DNA of 64,000 nucleotides from assembly GCA_003170475.1 (NCBI GenBank), contig PMZI01000026.1, positions 2,114 through 66,113 of the forward strand, read 5' to 3'. Positions 18,705 through 28,622 of this stretch are shown one piece after another. The notes under the pieces are model-generated. The model had not been told where the DNA came from, did not search any database, and was given only the letters and a program-made list of their open reading frames with translations. Position numbers and translations under genes: made by a program. This DNA is from Ignavibacteriota bacterium (lineage in GTDB: Bacteria; Bacteroidota; Ignavibacteria; UBA10030). Positions within the stretch are counted from its first letter, which is position 1, and the number at the start of each line of letters is the position of its first letter.

Positions 18705-19793
18705 ATGCAAATCGGCATTGTTGGACTCCCATTTTGCGGCAAATCAACCCTGTTTCAGACCATCACAAAGACGCACCTTGATCCTTCGGTCCTGTCAAAA
18801 GCAGAAGCTCATCACGCCATCGTCAAAGTCCCTGATGCACGGCTGGACAAGTGTTCAGCAATTTTCTCTCCCAAAAGCACGGTCCATGCGACAATCGAGT
18901 TTGTCGATGTCGTCGGGCTAAAAAAGGGAGAGTCGGGATCGACACAATTCACTACGAATTTTCTCTCAAACGTCAAGACAAACGACGCCCTCGTGCAGGT
19001 TGTCCGCCTGTTTGCCAATGACGTTGTCCCCCATCCAGATGGGTCGATTGACGCGATGAGAGACATCGTTGCCTTCGAGGTGGAGTTCATCCTCTCAGAT
19101 CTTTCGCTGGTAGAGACGCGCGTTGACAGGATTAAAAAGCAGCTCCTCAAAAGCGGAGGCGACGAGAACGTGAAGCGCGAGCTGCCTGTGCTCGAAAAGT
19201 GTCGCCAGGCGCTCGAGGCTGAGAAGCCTCTGCGCGAAGTGGATTTCACCAAAGAGGAGATGGGTGTGCTCCGCACGTACCAGCTCCTGTCAGTCAAGCC
19301 GATGTTGATTGCTTTGAACTTTGACGAGTCTCAACGTGCAGATGCCGCCTCTATCGTCAAGCAAGTGGCAGATAAGAAGTCCGGCAAGCAGACGAAGATC
19401 GTTTCTTTCTTCGGTAAGATAGAACTGGAAATGTCGGAACTCCCGGACGAAGAGACGACCGTGTTCATGGAAGAATACGGCATCAAGGAGTCGGCGCTTG
19501 GGACATTGATCAGAGAATCATATGCACTCATGGGGCTCCAATCCTTCTTCACCGTGGGCGAAGATGAATGCAGAGCATGGACAATCAAGAGAGGCATGAC
19601 AGCGCAGGAAGCAGCCGGTGTCATCCACTCGGATTTCGTTACAAAATTCATCCGGGCAGAAGTTGTTCAGTACGATCATTTCATCGCGCTGGGCGGTTCT
19701 TTTGCCAAAGCCAAAGAGAGCGGGCAGTGGAGGTTGGAAGGAAAAGAATACGTCGTGAACGATGGGGACATCATGTCGATACGACACAGCTGA
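18705..19793 (+). CDS. ychF: Redox-regulated ribosome-binding ATPase YchF (Obg family) with TGS domain
   Basis: P-loop GIVGLPFCGKSTLF, G4 NxxD-equivalent motifs and a C-terminal TGS (VVNDGDIMSIRHS). Confidence 0.85.
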   Translation: MQIGIVGLPFCGKSTLFQTITKTHLDPSVLSKAEAHHAIVKVPDARLDKCSAIFSPKSTVHATIEFVDVVGLKKGESGSTQFTTNFLSNVKTNDALVQVVRLFANDVVPHPDGSIDAMRDIVAFEVEFILSDLSLVETRVDRIKKQLLKSGGDENVKRELPVLEKCRQALEAEKPLREVDFTKEEMGVLRTYQLLSVKPMLIALNFDESQRADAASIVKQVADKKSGKQTKIVSFFGKIELEMSELPDEETTVFMEEYGIKESALGTLIRESYALMGLQSFFTVGEDECRAWTIKRGMTAQEAAGVIHSDFVTKFIRAEVVQYDHFIALGGSFAKAKESGQWRLEGKEYVVNDGDIMSIRHS

Positions 19794-19852
19794 GAAATTC
19801 TCATGTGTGACCGCACTCTCCGGGAACTGAAGGCCGTTGAACTAAGGAACTA

Positions 19853-22579
19853 ATGAAAGACCCAGAACAGAAAAAAGAGGAACTTCTCCAGGAGCTACAA
19901 ACTCTCCGAGTGAAAGTGAAACGCCTGGAGGATGCCGAGGAGCTTCGAAAAGCTGTTGTCGCCTCTCTTATGGAGAGCGAAGCCAAATACAGGAGAATCT
20001 TTGAAAATGTCCAGGAGCTGTTCTATCAGGTCGACTTTGATGGCTTGATCATTGATATCAGTCCTTCGGTCAGAAGATACTCCGGATATACTCGAGAGGA
20101 ATTGATCGGCCGGTCCGTTGTCGACCTCTACGCTGATCAAGGCGATCGGGTCAGGTTCATTGCAGCACTTCAGGCGAAAGGGGAAGTTTCCGATTATGAC
20201 CTTCGCCTGAGGGACAAATCCGGACTCATCATCGAGGCCTCCGTCAACGCTCATATCCTGAAGAGCGCTGACGGGAAACCTGTCGGCATTGAAGGATCGT
20301 TCCGAGACATCGGCGCGCGCAAGAAGACAGAAGAAGCGCTCCGGGCGAGTGAAGAGCTGTATCGATTACTCTTCTATCAGTCACCCGTTGGGGTATTCCA
20401 TTTCGGCACGGACCTGCGGGTTACCGATTTCAACCAACAGTTTGTCGAAATCCTGAAATCCACCCGCGATCGACTGAGTGGGTTGAACTTGAATGCGATT
20501 AAGGACCAGCGTGTTTTGCCCGCGATTCGCCAAGCGATCAGTGGCCGCGAAGGACAGTATGAAGGACAGTATGAGGCTACGACGAGTTCCGCACAGGTTT
20601 GGGTGATGATGAAGACGGCTCCCTTGTTCGACGAGTATGGTCGAGTTAAGGGAGGAATTGGAATCGTTGACGATTTTACGAAGCGAAAGGAGGCTGCCAG
20701 GGAATTATTTATGCTGGCCCAGGCGTTGAGGAGTATCCGTGATTGTGTCAGTATCACTGACATCAAAGATAACGTGCTCTTTGTGAACGAAGCATTTTCG
20801 AAAACGTTTGGATATGCACCGGAGGAAATCGTTGGAAAACCAATCGCTCTTGTACGCTCGGCAAGCAATCCGCCGAGTGTCGTCGAACAGATCCTGCCGG
20901 CGACCCTCAAGGGTGGATGGGAAGGTGAGATACTGAATCGGCGGAAAGACCGGACTGAATTTCCCGTGCACCTCTCGACGTCTGTCGTGCGGGATGCGGA
21001 GGGGAATACCATCGCCTTGATAGGAGCAGCGACGGACATTACCGATCGAAGGCGTGCCGAGGCCAATCTGCGTGAGAGTGAGGAACGTTTCCGGAGCTTG
21101 ATCGACACGGCACGGGACGTGATTTTCACGGCAACCCCGCGTGGGGTGATCACATCGTTGAATCAGGCGTTCGAGACATCGACCGGATGGAGTCGGACAG
21201 AGTGGTTGGGCAAGACGTATGATGATATCTTCCATGGCGAGGATGTGGAAGGCGCGAGGCAGTACTTCATCCGCGCACTCGAAGGGGCGAAAGTTCCTGT
21301 GAGAGAGATTCGTATTCATCGGAAGGGCGGGGGATATGTCATTGGTGAATTCACGATCACCCCGCAGAAGGAACGCGGCAAGATCGTGGGGCTCATCGGT
21401 GTCGCACGTGATGTGACCGATCGAAAGAGGCTTGAGGATCAGTACCGTCACGCTCAGAAAATGGAGAGCCTTGGTACGCTTGCCGGAGGCATTGCGCACG
21501 ACTTCAACAATATCCTCGCAATTATCCTCGGTCACGCGTCACTCATTCCACGTAATCAGGGAAACCCTGCGAAGCAAACCGTCAATATCGACTCTGTTAT
21601 TCAGGCGTCGCATCGCGGCGCAGCTCTGGTGCGACAGTTGCTTACATTTGCGAGCAAATCCGACGTTCTTTTTGAATCCGTTCAGCTGAATGAGGTGGTC
21701 TCGGAAACGACCCGACTCCTCGGTGAAACGTTTCCCAAGACGATCACGGTTCGCTTACAGCTTGAGCAGAGTCTTCCCCCCATCATCGCCGATCCGAATC
21801 AGTTGCATCAGCTTCTGCTTAACCTCTGCATCAACGCCCGCGATGCCATGCCGAAAGGCGGCACGCTTTCCATCACAACGACGTTCGTTGGCCGTGAGAG
21901 ATTGCCCGGTCACTTTCCGAATGTCGGGTCGAGAACCTACATCGTTCTTCAGGTTTCGGACACCGGGCAGGGAATGGATCAGGCAACGAAACATCGGATC
22001 TTCGAGCCGTTCTTCACGACAAAGGAAAAGGGAAAAGGCACGGGCCTGGGGCTCGCGACAGTCTACGGTATCCTGGAAAGCCATGGCGGTTTCGTCGATG
22101 TTGACAGCGAAGTGGGTGTGGGCTCGACGTTTCATGTCTATTTCCCGACACAATTGATCTCTGAGGAAACCTCCGATCCGCAGCAGGCGTCACTCGACGA
22201 TGTTCCCGGAGGTGCAGAAACAATCCTCATTGTGGAAGATGAAGTGATGCTACAGGAAATGCTGAAGACGATTCTTGTCGCGAAAGGATATCAAGTTCTC
22301 ACGGCGAGCGACGGAATTGAAGCACTGGAAGTCTATTCCCTGCATCGCGAAGAGATTGGCCTCGTTATCGCTGACATTGGTTTGCCGCGGTTGGCAGGAA
22401 GCGAAGTATTCTTGCGGCTGAAGCAGAATAATCCTGCAATCAAGGTCATTCTCGCGAGCGGATTCCTCGAACCAGCGTTGAAAGCAGAAATGATCAAAGC
22501 CGGTGCAAAGGAGATCATCCAGAAACCCTACCAACCGAATGATTTTCTCAGAAGCGTTCGGAAAGCACTCGACACCTGA
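19853..22579 (+). CDS. Multi-PAS sensor hybrid histidine kinase (PAS x3-4, HisKA, HATPase, C-terminal REC)
   Basis: N-terminal coiled coil, repeated PAS/PAC blocks, an H-box HDFNNIL, N/G boxes (LLNLCINARDAM, GTGLGLATVYGI) and a C-terminal receiver (ILIVEDEVMLQ...ADIGLP). Confidence 0.85.
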   Translation: MKDPEQKKEELLQELQTLRVKVKRLEDAEELRKAVVASLMESEAKYRRIFENVQELFYQVDFDGLIIDISPSVRRYSGYTREELIGRSVVDLYADQGDRVRFIAALQAKGEVSDYDLRLRDKSGLIIEASVNAHILKSADGKPVGIEGSFRDIGARKKTEEALRASEELYRLLFYQSPVGVFHFGTDLRVTDFNQQFVEILKSTRDRLSGLNLNAIKDQRVLPAIRQAISGREGQYEGQYEATTSSAQVWVMMKTAPLFDEYGRVKGGIGIVDDFTKRKEAARELFMLAQALRSIRDCVSITDIKDNVLFVNEAFSKTFGYAPEEIVGKPIALVRSASNPPSVVEQILPATLKGGWEGEILNRRKDRTEFPVHLSTSVVRDAEGNTIALIGAATDITDRRRAEANLRESEERFRSLIDTARDVIFTATPRGVITSLNQAFETSTGWSRTEWLGKTYDDIFHGEDVEGARQYFIRALEGAKVPVREIRIHRKGGGYVIGEFTITPQKERGKIVGLIGVARDVTDRKRLEDQYRHAQKMESLGTLAGGIAHDFNNILAIILGHASLIPRNQGNPAKQTVNIDSVIQASHRGAALVRQLLTFASKSDVLFESVQLNEVVSETTRLLGETFPKTITVRLQLEQSLPPIIADPNQLHQLLLNLCINARDAMPKGGTLSITTTFVGRERLPGHFPNVGSRTYIVLQVSDTGQGMDQATKHRIFEPFFTTKEKGKGTGLGLATVYGILESHGGFVDVDSEVGVGSTFHVYFPTQLISEETSDPQQASLDDVPGGAETILIVEDEVMLQEMLKTILVAKGYQVLTASDGIEALEVYSLHREEIGLVIADIGLPRLAGSEVFLRLKQNNPAIKVILASGFLEPALKAEMIKAGAKEIIQKPYQPNDFLRSVRKALDT

Positions 22580-22599
22580 ATCCCGCTCAGATTGATTTT

Positions 22600-23829
22600 A
22601 TGGACGATGGAACAGGAACGCCCGCTCTGAAGACGAAACGGCGCGTACTCTCGGTTCTGTGTCTCGCAGAACTTCTCGCGATGTCGGTCTGGTTCTCTGC
22701 CACTGCCATAGTACCGGCGCTGACATCGAGCTGGAAGCTCACCGGCGCGGACGTCGCCTGGCTGACCATGTCTGTTCAGATCGGATTTGTGGTTGGGACT
22801 TTTGGATCGTCGCTGCTGAATCTCGCCGACTACTTCCCCGGCCAGCGATTGTTCGCTGTATCATCTGTTCTTGCCGCACTCAGCACTGCCTTGATTGCGA
22901 TTCTCGCAATCGATGTGCGATTGGCCTTCGTCCTGCGATTTCTCACCGGACTGTTTTTGGCCGGGGTCTATCCTGTCGGCATGAAGATCATGGCCACCTG
23001 GACGAAGCAGGACAGAGGATTGGGAATCGGTTTGCTCGTAGGAGCACTGACCGTGGGGTCGGCTGCGCCGCATCTCATTAACGCTCTCGGCGGAGTGGGA
23101 GACTGGAGACCGGTTCTGTTCCTTTCATCCGGTCTGGGAGCTCTTGGCGGAGTATTGACCCTCTTTTTCGTGAAAGAAGGCCCTTACCGCTCAAGTCTTC
23201 CAAGGGTCAACTGGCGGTACACGTTGGGGATTGTGCGCCAGCGGGAGCTCGCATTGGCAAACCTGGGGTACCTGGGACATATGTGGGAACTGTATGCAAT
23301 GTGGGCGTGGTTGCCCGTATTCCTTCTCTCAAGCTTTCAGCTTGTTTCGATCGATCCTCTGTGGGCAGGCGTAGTGGCGTTCGCGGTCATCGCCGTCGGC
23401 GGGTTAGGGAGTGTGCTAGCCGGATTCTTGGCTGACCGTTACGGTCGAACGACAATTACGATTGTCTCCATGATAGTCAGCGGTTCCTGTGCTCTTCTCG
23501 TTGGTCTATTCTATGGAGGCAGCCCCGCCGTGCTGGCACTCGTCTGCCTCATTTGGGGGTTTGCCATCGTCGCTGACTCAGCACAGTTCTCAGCTTGTGT
23601 GAGTGAATTGTGTCAGGCGGAGCATGTCGGAACGGCGCTCACCTTTCAAACCTGTCTTGGATTCTTATTGACCATGGTCACGATTCGATTCATCCCACTC
23701 CTTGTCGATTGGGTGAGTTGGAGGTGGGCATTCGCATTCCTGTCGATCGGTCCCCTCGGAGGTGTGTGGGCAATGTATTCATTGCGTCGCCTGCCGGCCG
23801 CGAGTCGACTGGCTGGCGGGCATCGGTAG
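22600..23829 (+). CDS. MFS transporter
   Basis: 12 predicted TM segments and the MFS loop motif GxLxDRxGRT (FLADRYGRTT). Confidence 0.7.
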   Translation: MDDGTGTPALKTKRRVLSVLCLAELLAMSVWFSATAIVPALTSSWKLTGADVAWLTMSVQIGFVVGTFGSSLLNLADYFPGQRLFAVSSVLAALSTALIAILAIDVRLAFVLRFLTGLFLAGVYPVGMKIMATWTKQDRGLGIGLLVGALTVGSAAPHLINALGGVGDWRPVLFLSSGLGALGGVLTLFFVKEGPYRSSLPRVNWRYTLGIVRQRELALANLGYLGHMWELYAMWAWLPVFLLSSFQLVSIDPLWAGVVAFAVIAVGGLGSVLAGFLADRYGRTTITIVSMIVSGSCALLVGLFYGGSPAVLALVCLIWGFAIVADSAQFSACVSELCQAEHVGTALTFQTCLGFLLTMVTIRFIPLLVDWVSWRWAFAFLSIGPLGGVWAMYSLRRLPAASRLAGGHR

Positions 23830-23889
23830 CATGGATCGTGGTTGTCTTTTAGATCAACGAACTCTTTCTGAGGAAAGGATCCTACGAAA

Positions 23890-24432
23890 ATGAACTCCTC
23901 CATCAAGCGCCTCATTGTAACGATATTTGGACTCGGGTTTCTTTCCGGTTGTGGAACGACGTATCCGAACAGAATCATCGTCGGTGAGCAGTTTCCCAGC
24001 GTTCGCGGCAAGTCTCTCAGCGGAGACGAAATAGTGTTCCCTGATCACTTCAAAGGCAAGAAAGTCATTCTGGTTCTTGGATACGTGCAGGACACACAAT
24101 TTGACGTCGACCGATGGGGGATTGGATTCTTCACGGCTGACCTGTCGCTGCCGCCGATCTACGAAGTGCCGACCATCCCCGGACTGCTTCCGTCACTATT
24201 CAAAGAATCGATTGACAAGGGAATGCGAAGCGGTATCCCGAAGGAATCATGGAAGGACGTCGTCACTGTGTACGGGTCAGATGGCGGAACAATTGCACAA
24301 TGGACGGGGACCGAAGTTCCACGTAATTGCCGGGTGCTTCTCCTGGATGAAAACGGCGTCGTCCTCTGGAGCCACGACAAGGGGTACGGCCTTCCTCCCT
24401 TGAAGTCTCTCCTGGATGCTTTGAAGAAATGA
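23890..24432 (+). CDS. Lipoprotein with redoxin/AhpC-TSA-like fold lacking the CxxC active site
   Basis: Lipobox LGFLSGCG. FPSVRGKSLSGDEIVFPDHFKGKKVILVL resembles the peroxiredoxin/TlpA N-terminus, but GYVQDTQFD replaces the catalytic WCxxC. Confidence 0.4.
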   Translation: MNSSIKRLIVTIFGLGFLSGCGTTYPNRIIVGEQFPSVRGKSLSGDEIVFPDHFKGKKVILVLGYVQDTQFDVDRWGIGFFTADLSLPPIYEVPTIPGLLPSLFKESIDKGMRSGIPKESWKDVVTVYGSDGGTIAQWTGTEVPRNCRVLLLDENGVVLWSHDKGYGLPPLKSLLDALKK

Positions 24433-26165
24433 AACAATCACTGAGGTGGAAGATGAAGTCACGATTGGAATTTGTTCTGCTCATGTTGATGACTTGCTTT
24501 CTCGCGTCACAGCTCGTTGCGAGCGAAGTGCCCCGGCCATCAACGCCTCGAGCCAGGCCCGTCGTCGGGTTGATCGATGAATTGCAGGAGCTCTACCCCG
24601 ATACAAAACTGGATCAACCGGTGAAGCGGCTCACGGTGCACGCGGCAAGGAACACGATTGCAAGTGTCCATCTCATGATGACCGGGCTTCAGGGGACAGA
24701 AAAGGTTGTGTTCTCTGAGTCGGACGATAACGGCAGGCCGACATCAGGGATACGGTGGTATCGGATGATTGATGTTCCTGTCACCGAGAACTCCGGGCTC
24801 GACCGCAACACGGAGAAATACAGCGGCAAGGTGAACCCGTACGTCATCAGGAAAGCGCCCTTTAGAATTTACGATCCATTCCGCCCTATAACTTCGCCGA
24901 TGACGGTCGACTCCTCGTCCATAGCCCTGCGGATTGAGATACCAATGGACTCGAGTTCATCCCCGGGGGCGTACACTCACCACCTCCGGATCGACTTCGG
25001 CGATCATGTCGAGGTTCTGGAATTCGTCGTGATCGTGCACCGTGCATTGGTTCCTCCGGTGAGCCGATCCACCATTTCCTACGTTAATTGGCATAACCTC
25101 GACAACATCTGCAGTGCTCACGGCGTGGAGAAGTGGAGCGAACCATTCTGGGACATGCTCGCGAAGTATGCGCAGACGATGGCCAGAGGAAGACAGAACA
25201 CTTTTTGGTTCACCTGGGGAGACTACTTTACGTTTGACAGCAGCGGAAACGTGGCGTCGTTCCGGCGGGACCGCCTGGAGCGCCTGATCAAGCTCTTCTT
25301 TCAACAAGGATTCCAGACGGTGCAGGGTGCGCCATTTGTGGGTCGCAGAGACTGGTTAGGATCCTTGGATATGCTGCTGGCTGTCCGGGCAGCCGATGGG
25401 GCAGAGGTCTACGCGATCTCTGACAAAGGGAAGCGAATGGTGACGCAAATGGCCATCCGCATTATTGGCATGATGCAGGAAAACGGCTGGGACAGACGGT
25501 GGGTGCAAGGGGTGTTCGACGAGCCGACAGACGAGTACGTGGATCGTTACAGAAAGCTCGTCGGACTCCTTCGGGGTTTTAAAAAGGATATCAGAATCCT
25601 CGAAGCCACCATGACGACGAACGTGAGCGGCATCGTCAATATCTGGTGTCCGCAGGTCCAGGAATATCAGGCGAACCAGGAATTCTTTGACCAACGAAAA
25701 GCGGCCGGCGACAAGGTGTGGGTCTATACCTGCTTGGCTCCCGGCGGCCCATGGGTGAACAGACTTCTGGATATGGAGCACCTACGGCAAGTGTACATCG
25801 GATGGGGACTGGCGAAATTCAATCTGCAGGGATTTCTGCACTGGGGACTTAATTTCCACACCAACAAACCGTTTGAAGAACTTGTGCGTTTTCACATGGA
25901 AGGCCAGTTTCTGCCTGCCGGAGATTCGCACATTCTCTATCCGGTTCGTGAAGGCCCTCTCTCGAGCCAGAGGTTTGAAGCTCATCGGATCGGGATGGAA
26001 GACTATGAACTTCTTGCTCAGCTGAAATTGCATGATGCAGCCCGAGCTCAACAGATCATCGCCCAGGTGTTTCAAGCGTTCGACAAATACAGCAAGGAGA
26101 TTGCGGTATATCGTGCCGCCCGAAATCTTCTTCTCGAGGCCGTCGATCAATACACGCCGAACTGA
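24429..26165 (+). CDS. Secreted hypothetical protein, possible DUF4091/GH123-like glycoside hydrolase
   Basis: ATGA overlap with the upstream lipoprotein gene. Signal peptide present. Trp/aromatic-rich TIM-barrel-like blocks (FWFTWGDYFTF, WVYTCLAPGGPW, GWGLAKFNLQGFLHWGLNFH). The assignment is tentative. Confidence 0.3.
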   Translation: MKQSLRWKMKSRLEFVLLMLMTCFLASQLVASEVPRPSTPRARPVVGLIDELQELYPDTKLDQPVKRLTVHAARNTIASVHLMMTGLQGTEKVVFSESDDNGRPTSGIRWYRMIDVPVTENSGLDRNTEKYSGKVNPYVIRKAPFRIYDPFRPITSPMTVDSSSIALRIEIPMDSSSSPGAYTHHLRIDFGDHVEVLEFVVIVHRALVPPVSRSTISYVNWHNLDNICSAHGVEKWSEPFWDMLAKYAQTMARGRQNTFWFTWGDYFTFDSSGNVASFRRDRLERLIKLFFQQGFQTVQGAPFVGRRDWLGSLDMLLAVRAADGAEVYAISDKGKRMVTQMAIRIIGMMQENGWDRRWVQGVFDEPTDEYVDRYRKLVGLLRGFKKDIRILEATMTTNVSGIVNIWCPQVQEYQANQEFFDQRKAAGDKVWVYTCLAPGGPWVNRLLDMEHLRQVYIGWGLAKFNLQGFLHWGLNFHTNKPFEELVRFHMEGQFLPAGDSHILYPVREGPLSSQRFEAHRIGMEDYELLAQLKLHDAARAQQIIAQVFQAFDKYSKEIAVYRAARNLLLEAVDQYTPN

Positions 26166-26204
26166 CGCGGGAAGTCCCGAAGACGGACAAGAACGTAGAG
26201 CCAA

Positions 26205-26247
26205 AAAAGAACCCCTGTCGCATTCTGTGGACAGGGGTTCTTGTTTC
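26205..26247. terminator. Bidirectional Rho-independent terminator
   Basis: AAGAACCCCTGTC-n10-GACAGGGGTTCTT 13-bp stem then GTTTC, with an A-run upstream. It lies between convergent genes. Confidence 0.65.
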
Positions 26248-26274
26248 ATACAGCAGAGACCTAAAGTCGGATCC

Positions 26275-27192
26275 TTAAGAGATGTCCGTGGGTATTGTGA
26301 CGATGACCTTATTGCCCGGCTCCACGAATTCTACTTTAAGGGCTGATCGGGCAATGGCAATCCCGCGGCCATGATTGTCGAACAGCCTGGATTCGTCGAC
26401 CTGTGCATAGCGTTCAAAGTCAAATCCGGGGCCCTGATCTTCAATTTCGATTCGCAAGTTGTTCCCGTCTCTTTTCATCCGGACGACAGCATATTTCCTT
26501 TGGTTTTCCGGAAGCGCGAGCCGACGCTCGATTTCCTCATGCCACGTACTATCTTCAACGAGTCTTCCCTTATCCTCGTACGTGATCCCAAGATTTCCAT
26601 GTTCCACGGCGTTCAGAAGTATCTCAGCGATGACCATCGCATGCTCGGGTTCCGGAGTGGCACTGGCAATCATGACGGCGAGCTGCTCCGCCTCTGCGAG
26701 GGTCCTGAACCGGAACGTCCCCTCGTCCATAAAGGCAAGAGGTCGCGCACACTGTTTCAATCTGTCGAGAAGCTGGCGGGTTGAATGGTAGTCGCTGACT
26801 GCGGCTCGAAGAATCGACTGCAGGAGGGATCGTTGAAAGGGTTTGATGAGATAGTAGAATGCACCCGCGTCGATTCCCTCTTTGATGCGTTCGGGATCGT
26901 CCAGGGCGGTCAACATGATGACAGGGATATGCTCGATGTGCGGCTGCTTCTTCATCCAACGGAGCAATTCGATGCCGGTCATTTGCGGCATCATCCAATC
27001 GAGAATGACCACACTGATCGGTTCCGGATTTGCCTGAAGGACGGCCTGTGCATCTGTGCCGTCGGCTGCCGTAAGAACCCTGCATCCTTCGTCGATCAGC
27101 ATTTTCGCGAGTACAGATCGAAGGGCCTGTTCGTCATCGACGATGAGAACGGTGTCGATCCTGTGTTCCATCACGGACTCTTCAATGCCCAT
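26275..27192 (-). CDS. Response regulator with C-terminal histidine-kinase-like ATPase (HATPase_c_2, RsbW/SpoIIAB-type serine kinase) domain
   Basis: REC region (VLIVDDEQALRSVL..., ILDWMMPQMTG, ...LIKPF). The C-terminus LLNAVEHGNLG ... LRIEIEDQGPGFDFE ... GRGIAIARS matches the N/G1/G2 boxes of anti-sigma-factor-type kinases. Confidence 0.6.
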   Translation of the reverse strand: MGIEESVMEHRIDTVLIVDDEQALRSVLAKMLIDEGCRVLTAADGTDAQAVLQANPEPISVVILDWMMPQMTGIELLRWMKKQPHIEHIPVIMLTALDDPERIKEGIDAGAFYYLIKPFQRSLLQSILRAAVSDYHSTRQLLDRLKQCARPLAFMDEGTFRFRTLAEAEQLAVMIASATPEPEHAMVIAEILLNAVEHGNLGITYEDKGRLVEDSTWHEEIERRLALPENQRKYAVVRMKRDGNNLRIEIEDQGPGFDFERYAQVDESRLFDNHGRGIAIARSALKVEFVEPGNKVIVTIPTDIS

Positions 27193-27357
27193 CGTGCTCT
27201 CTCTCAGCCGGAGGATGCTATGACAATCAATGAAATATCATCTGCTCGGTTAGGATAGAGGCAATATCGGTAACTCAAACGAGCCAATCAAGCAGAGAGT
27301 CGAGCAAGGATCTTGGCGGAAGACATTCGTTTGGAATTGCCGGCCATCGATCTGATG

Positions 27358-28533
27358 TTAGGAAGCATTCCTGCCAAGATAGCGAAGGATCATGACGGTA
27401 ATATCATCGGATTGGGGGGCGTTGCCCGCGAACACCTTGAGCGCCGCAAGGCTCCCGAGTGCAACTTCGCGGATCGATGAGCCGTTCGTCTTTTTGAGAT
27501 AGGAAATCAGTCGTTCGTCCTCAAACATGTTCATGTCGGCATCCATTGCCTCGGTGACTCCATCGGTGTAGAGGAAGATCGCGTCGCCCTTCTGGAGTTG
27601 GACTTTTTTCGCATCGTAGTCCTGATGCTCGATTTTACCCACGAGGAATCCGTCCGTCATCGGCAGTTGTTCGACTTCTCCCGACGCCCGCACGAGTACG
27701 GGGGAATTGTGACCTCCGTTGCTATACTGGACCTCGCCGGTACGAGTGTTCAAAATGCCGTAGAAGATGGTGACGAACGTGGACGCTTCGCTTTCGGGGA
27801 TGAGCAGTGCATTCACCCTCCGCAGCACCTCCCCGGGGTGAGCCACCTGGTGCGCGGTTGCCTTCAGAAGCGTCCGGCAGACGGCCATGTAAATTGCCGC
27901 CGGAATCCCTTTTCCGGAAACGTCTCCAATTGCGAACGCGAGCCGGTCCTCGTCGAGGAAGTAAAAATCGTAGAAGTCACCGCCGACATTCTTCGCTGTG
28001 ATCATTTCTGCGTGAATCTCGAATTCGTTCCGCAGCGGAAACGGAGGGAAGACGCTCGGGAGCAGTGATTGCTGGATCCGCGCGGCGGTCGTGAGGTCAC
28101 GCTGCACGGCAACGAGTTCATCGCGCGATTTGAGTGCGGTCTTGATCACCTCCAGATGTTGCATGGTCTTGCGCACGGTGAGATCCAGATCGTTGAAATC
28201 GATCGGCTTCGTCAGAAAGTCGAACGCTCCCCGATTCATCGCCGTCCGGATGTTCTCCATATCGCCGTAAGCGGAGACGATCACCGATTTGAGCAATGGA
28301 TTGTTCAATTCCCCGAGCTTCTGGAGAAGAGTGAGTCCATCCATCTCCGGCATGTTGATGTCGGAAAGGATGACGGAAACATCTTCGTGTTCTTCGAGCC
28401 TCTCCAGTGCCTGCACGCCGTTCTGAGCGAACACGAACCGGAAACTGTCGTCCTTGATTTCTTTCCTGAACTTCTGCTTGATCAGCAACTCTAAATCCGG
28501 CTCATCATCGACAACAAGAATCTTATGCGACAT
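27358..28533 (-). CDS. Response regulator fused to PP2C/SpoIIE-type serine phosphatase (RsbU-like)
   Basis: REC (KILVVDDEPDLELL, ILSDINMPEMDG). PP2C motifs (GDVSGKGIPAAIYMA, LFLYTDGVTEAMD, metal-binding D residues). Confidence 0.8.
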   Translation of the reverse strand: MSHKILVVDDEPDLELLIKQKFRKEIKDDSFRFVFAQNGVQALERLEEHEDVSVILSDINMPEMDGLTLLQKLGELNNPLLKSVIVSAYGDMENIRTAMNRGAFDFLTKPIDFNDLDLTVRKTMQHLEVIKTALKSRDELVAVQRDLTTAARIQQSLLPSVFPPFPLRNEFEIHAEMITAKNVGGDFYDFYFLDEDRLAFAIGDVSGKGIPAAIYMAVCRTLLKATAHQVAHPGEVLRRVNALLIPESEASTFVTIFYGILNTRTGEVQYSNGGHNSPVLVRASGEVEQLPMTDGFLVGKIEHQDYDAKKVQLQKGDAIFLYTDGVTEAMDADMNMFEDERLISYLKKTNGSSIREVALGSLAALKVFAGNAPQSDDITVMILRYLGRNAS

Positions 28534-28622
28534 TCGCTACTCCTTTGCTCATTTCAAACAGATGCAAATCGGAATTCGACAGCTGATGGTTCCTGCGTTT
28601 CGTATCCCCTTGGGAAAGGTGC

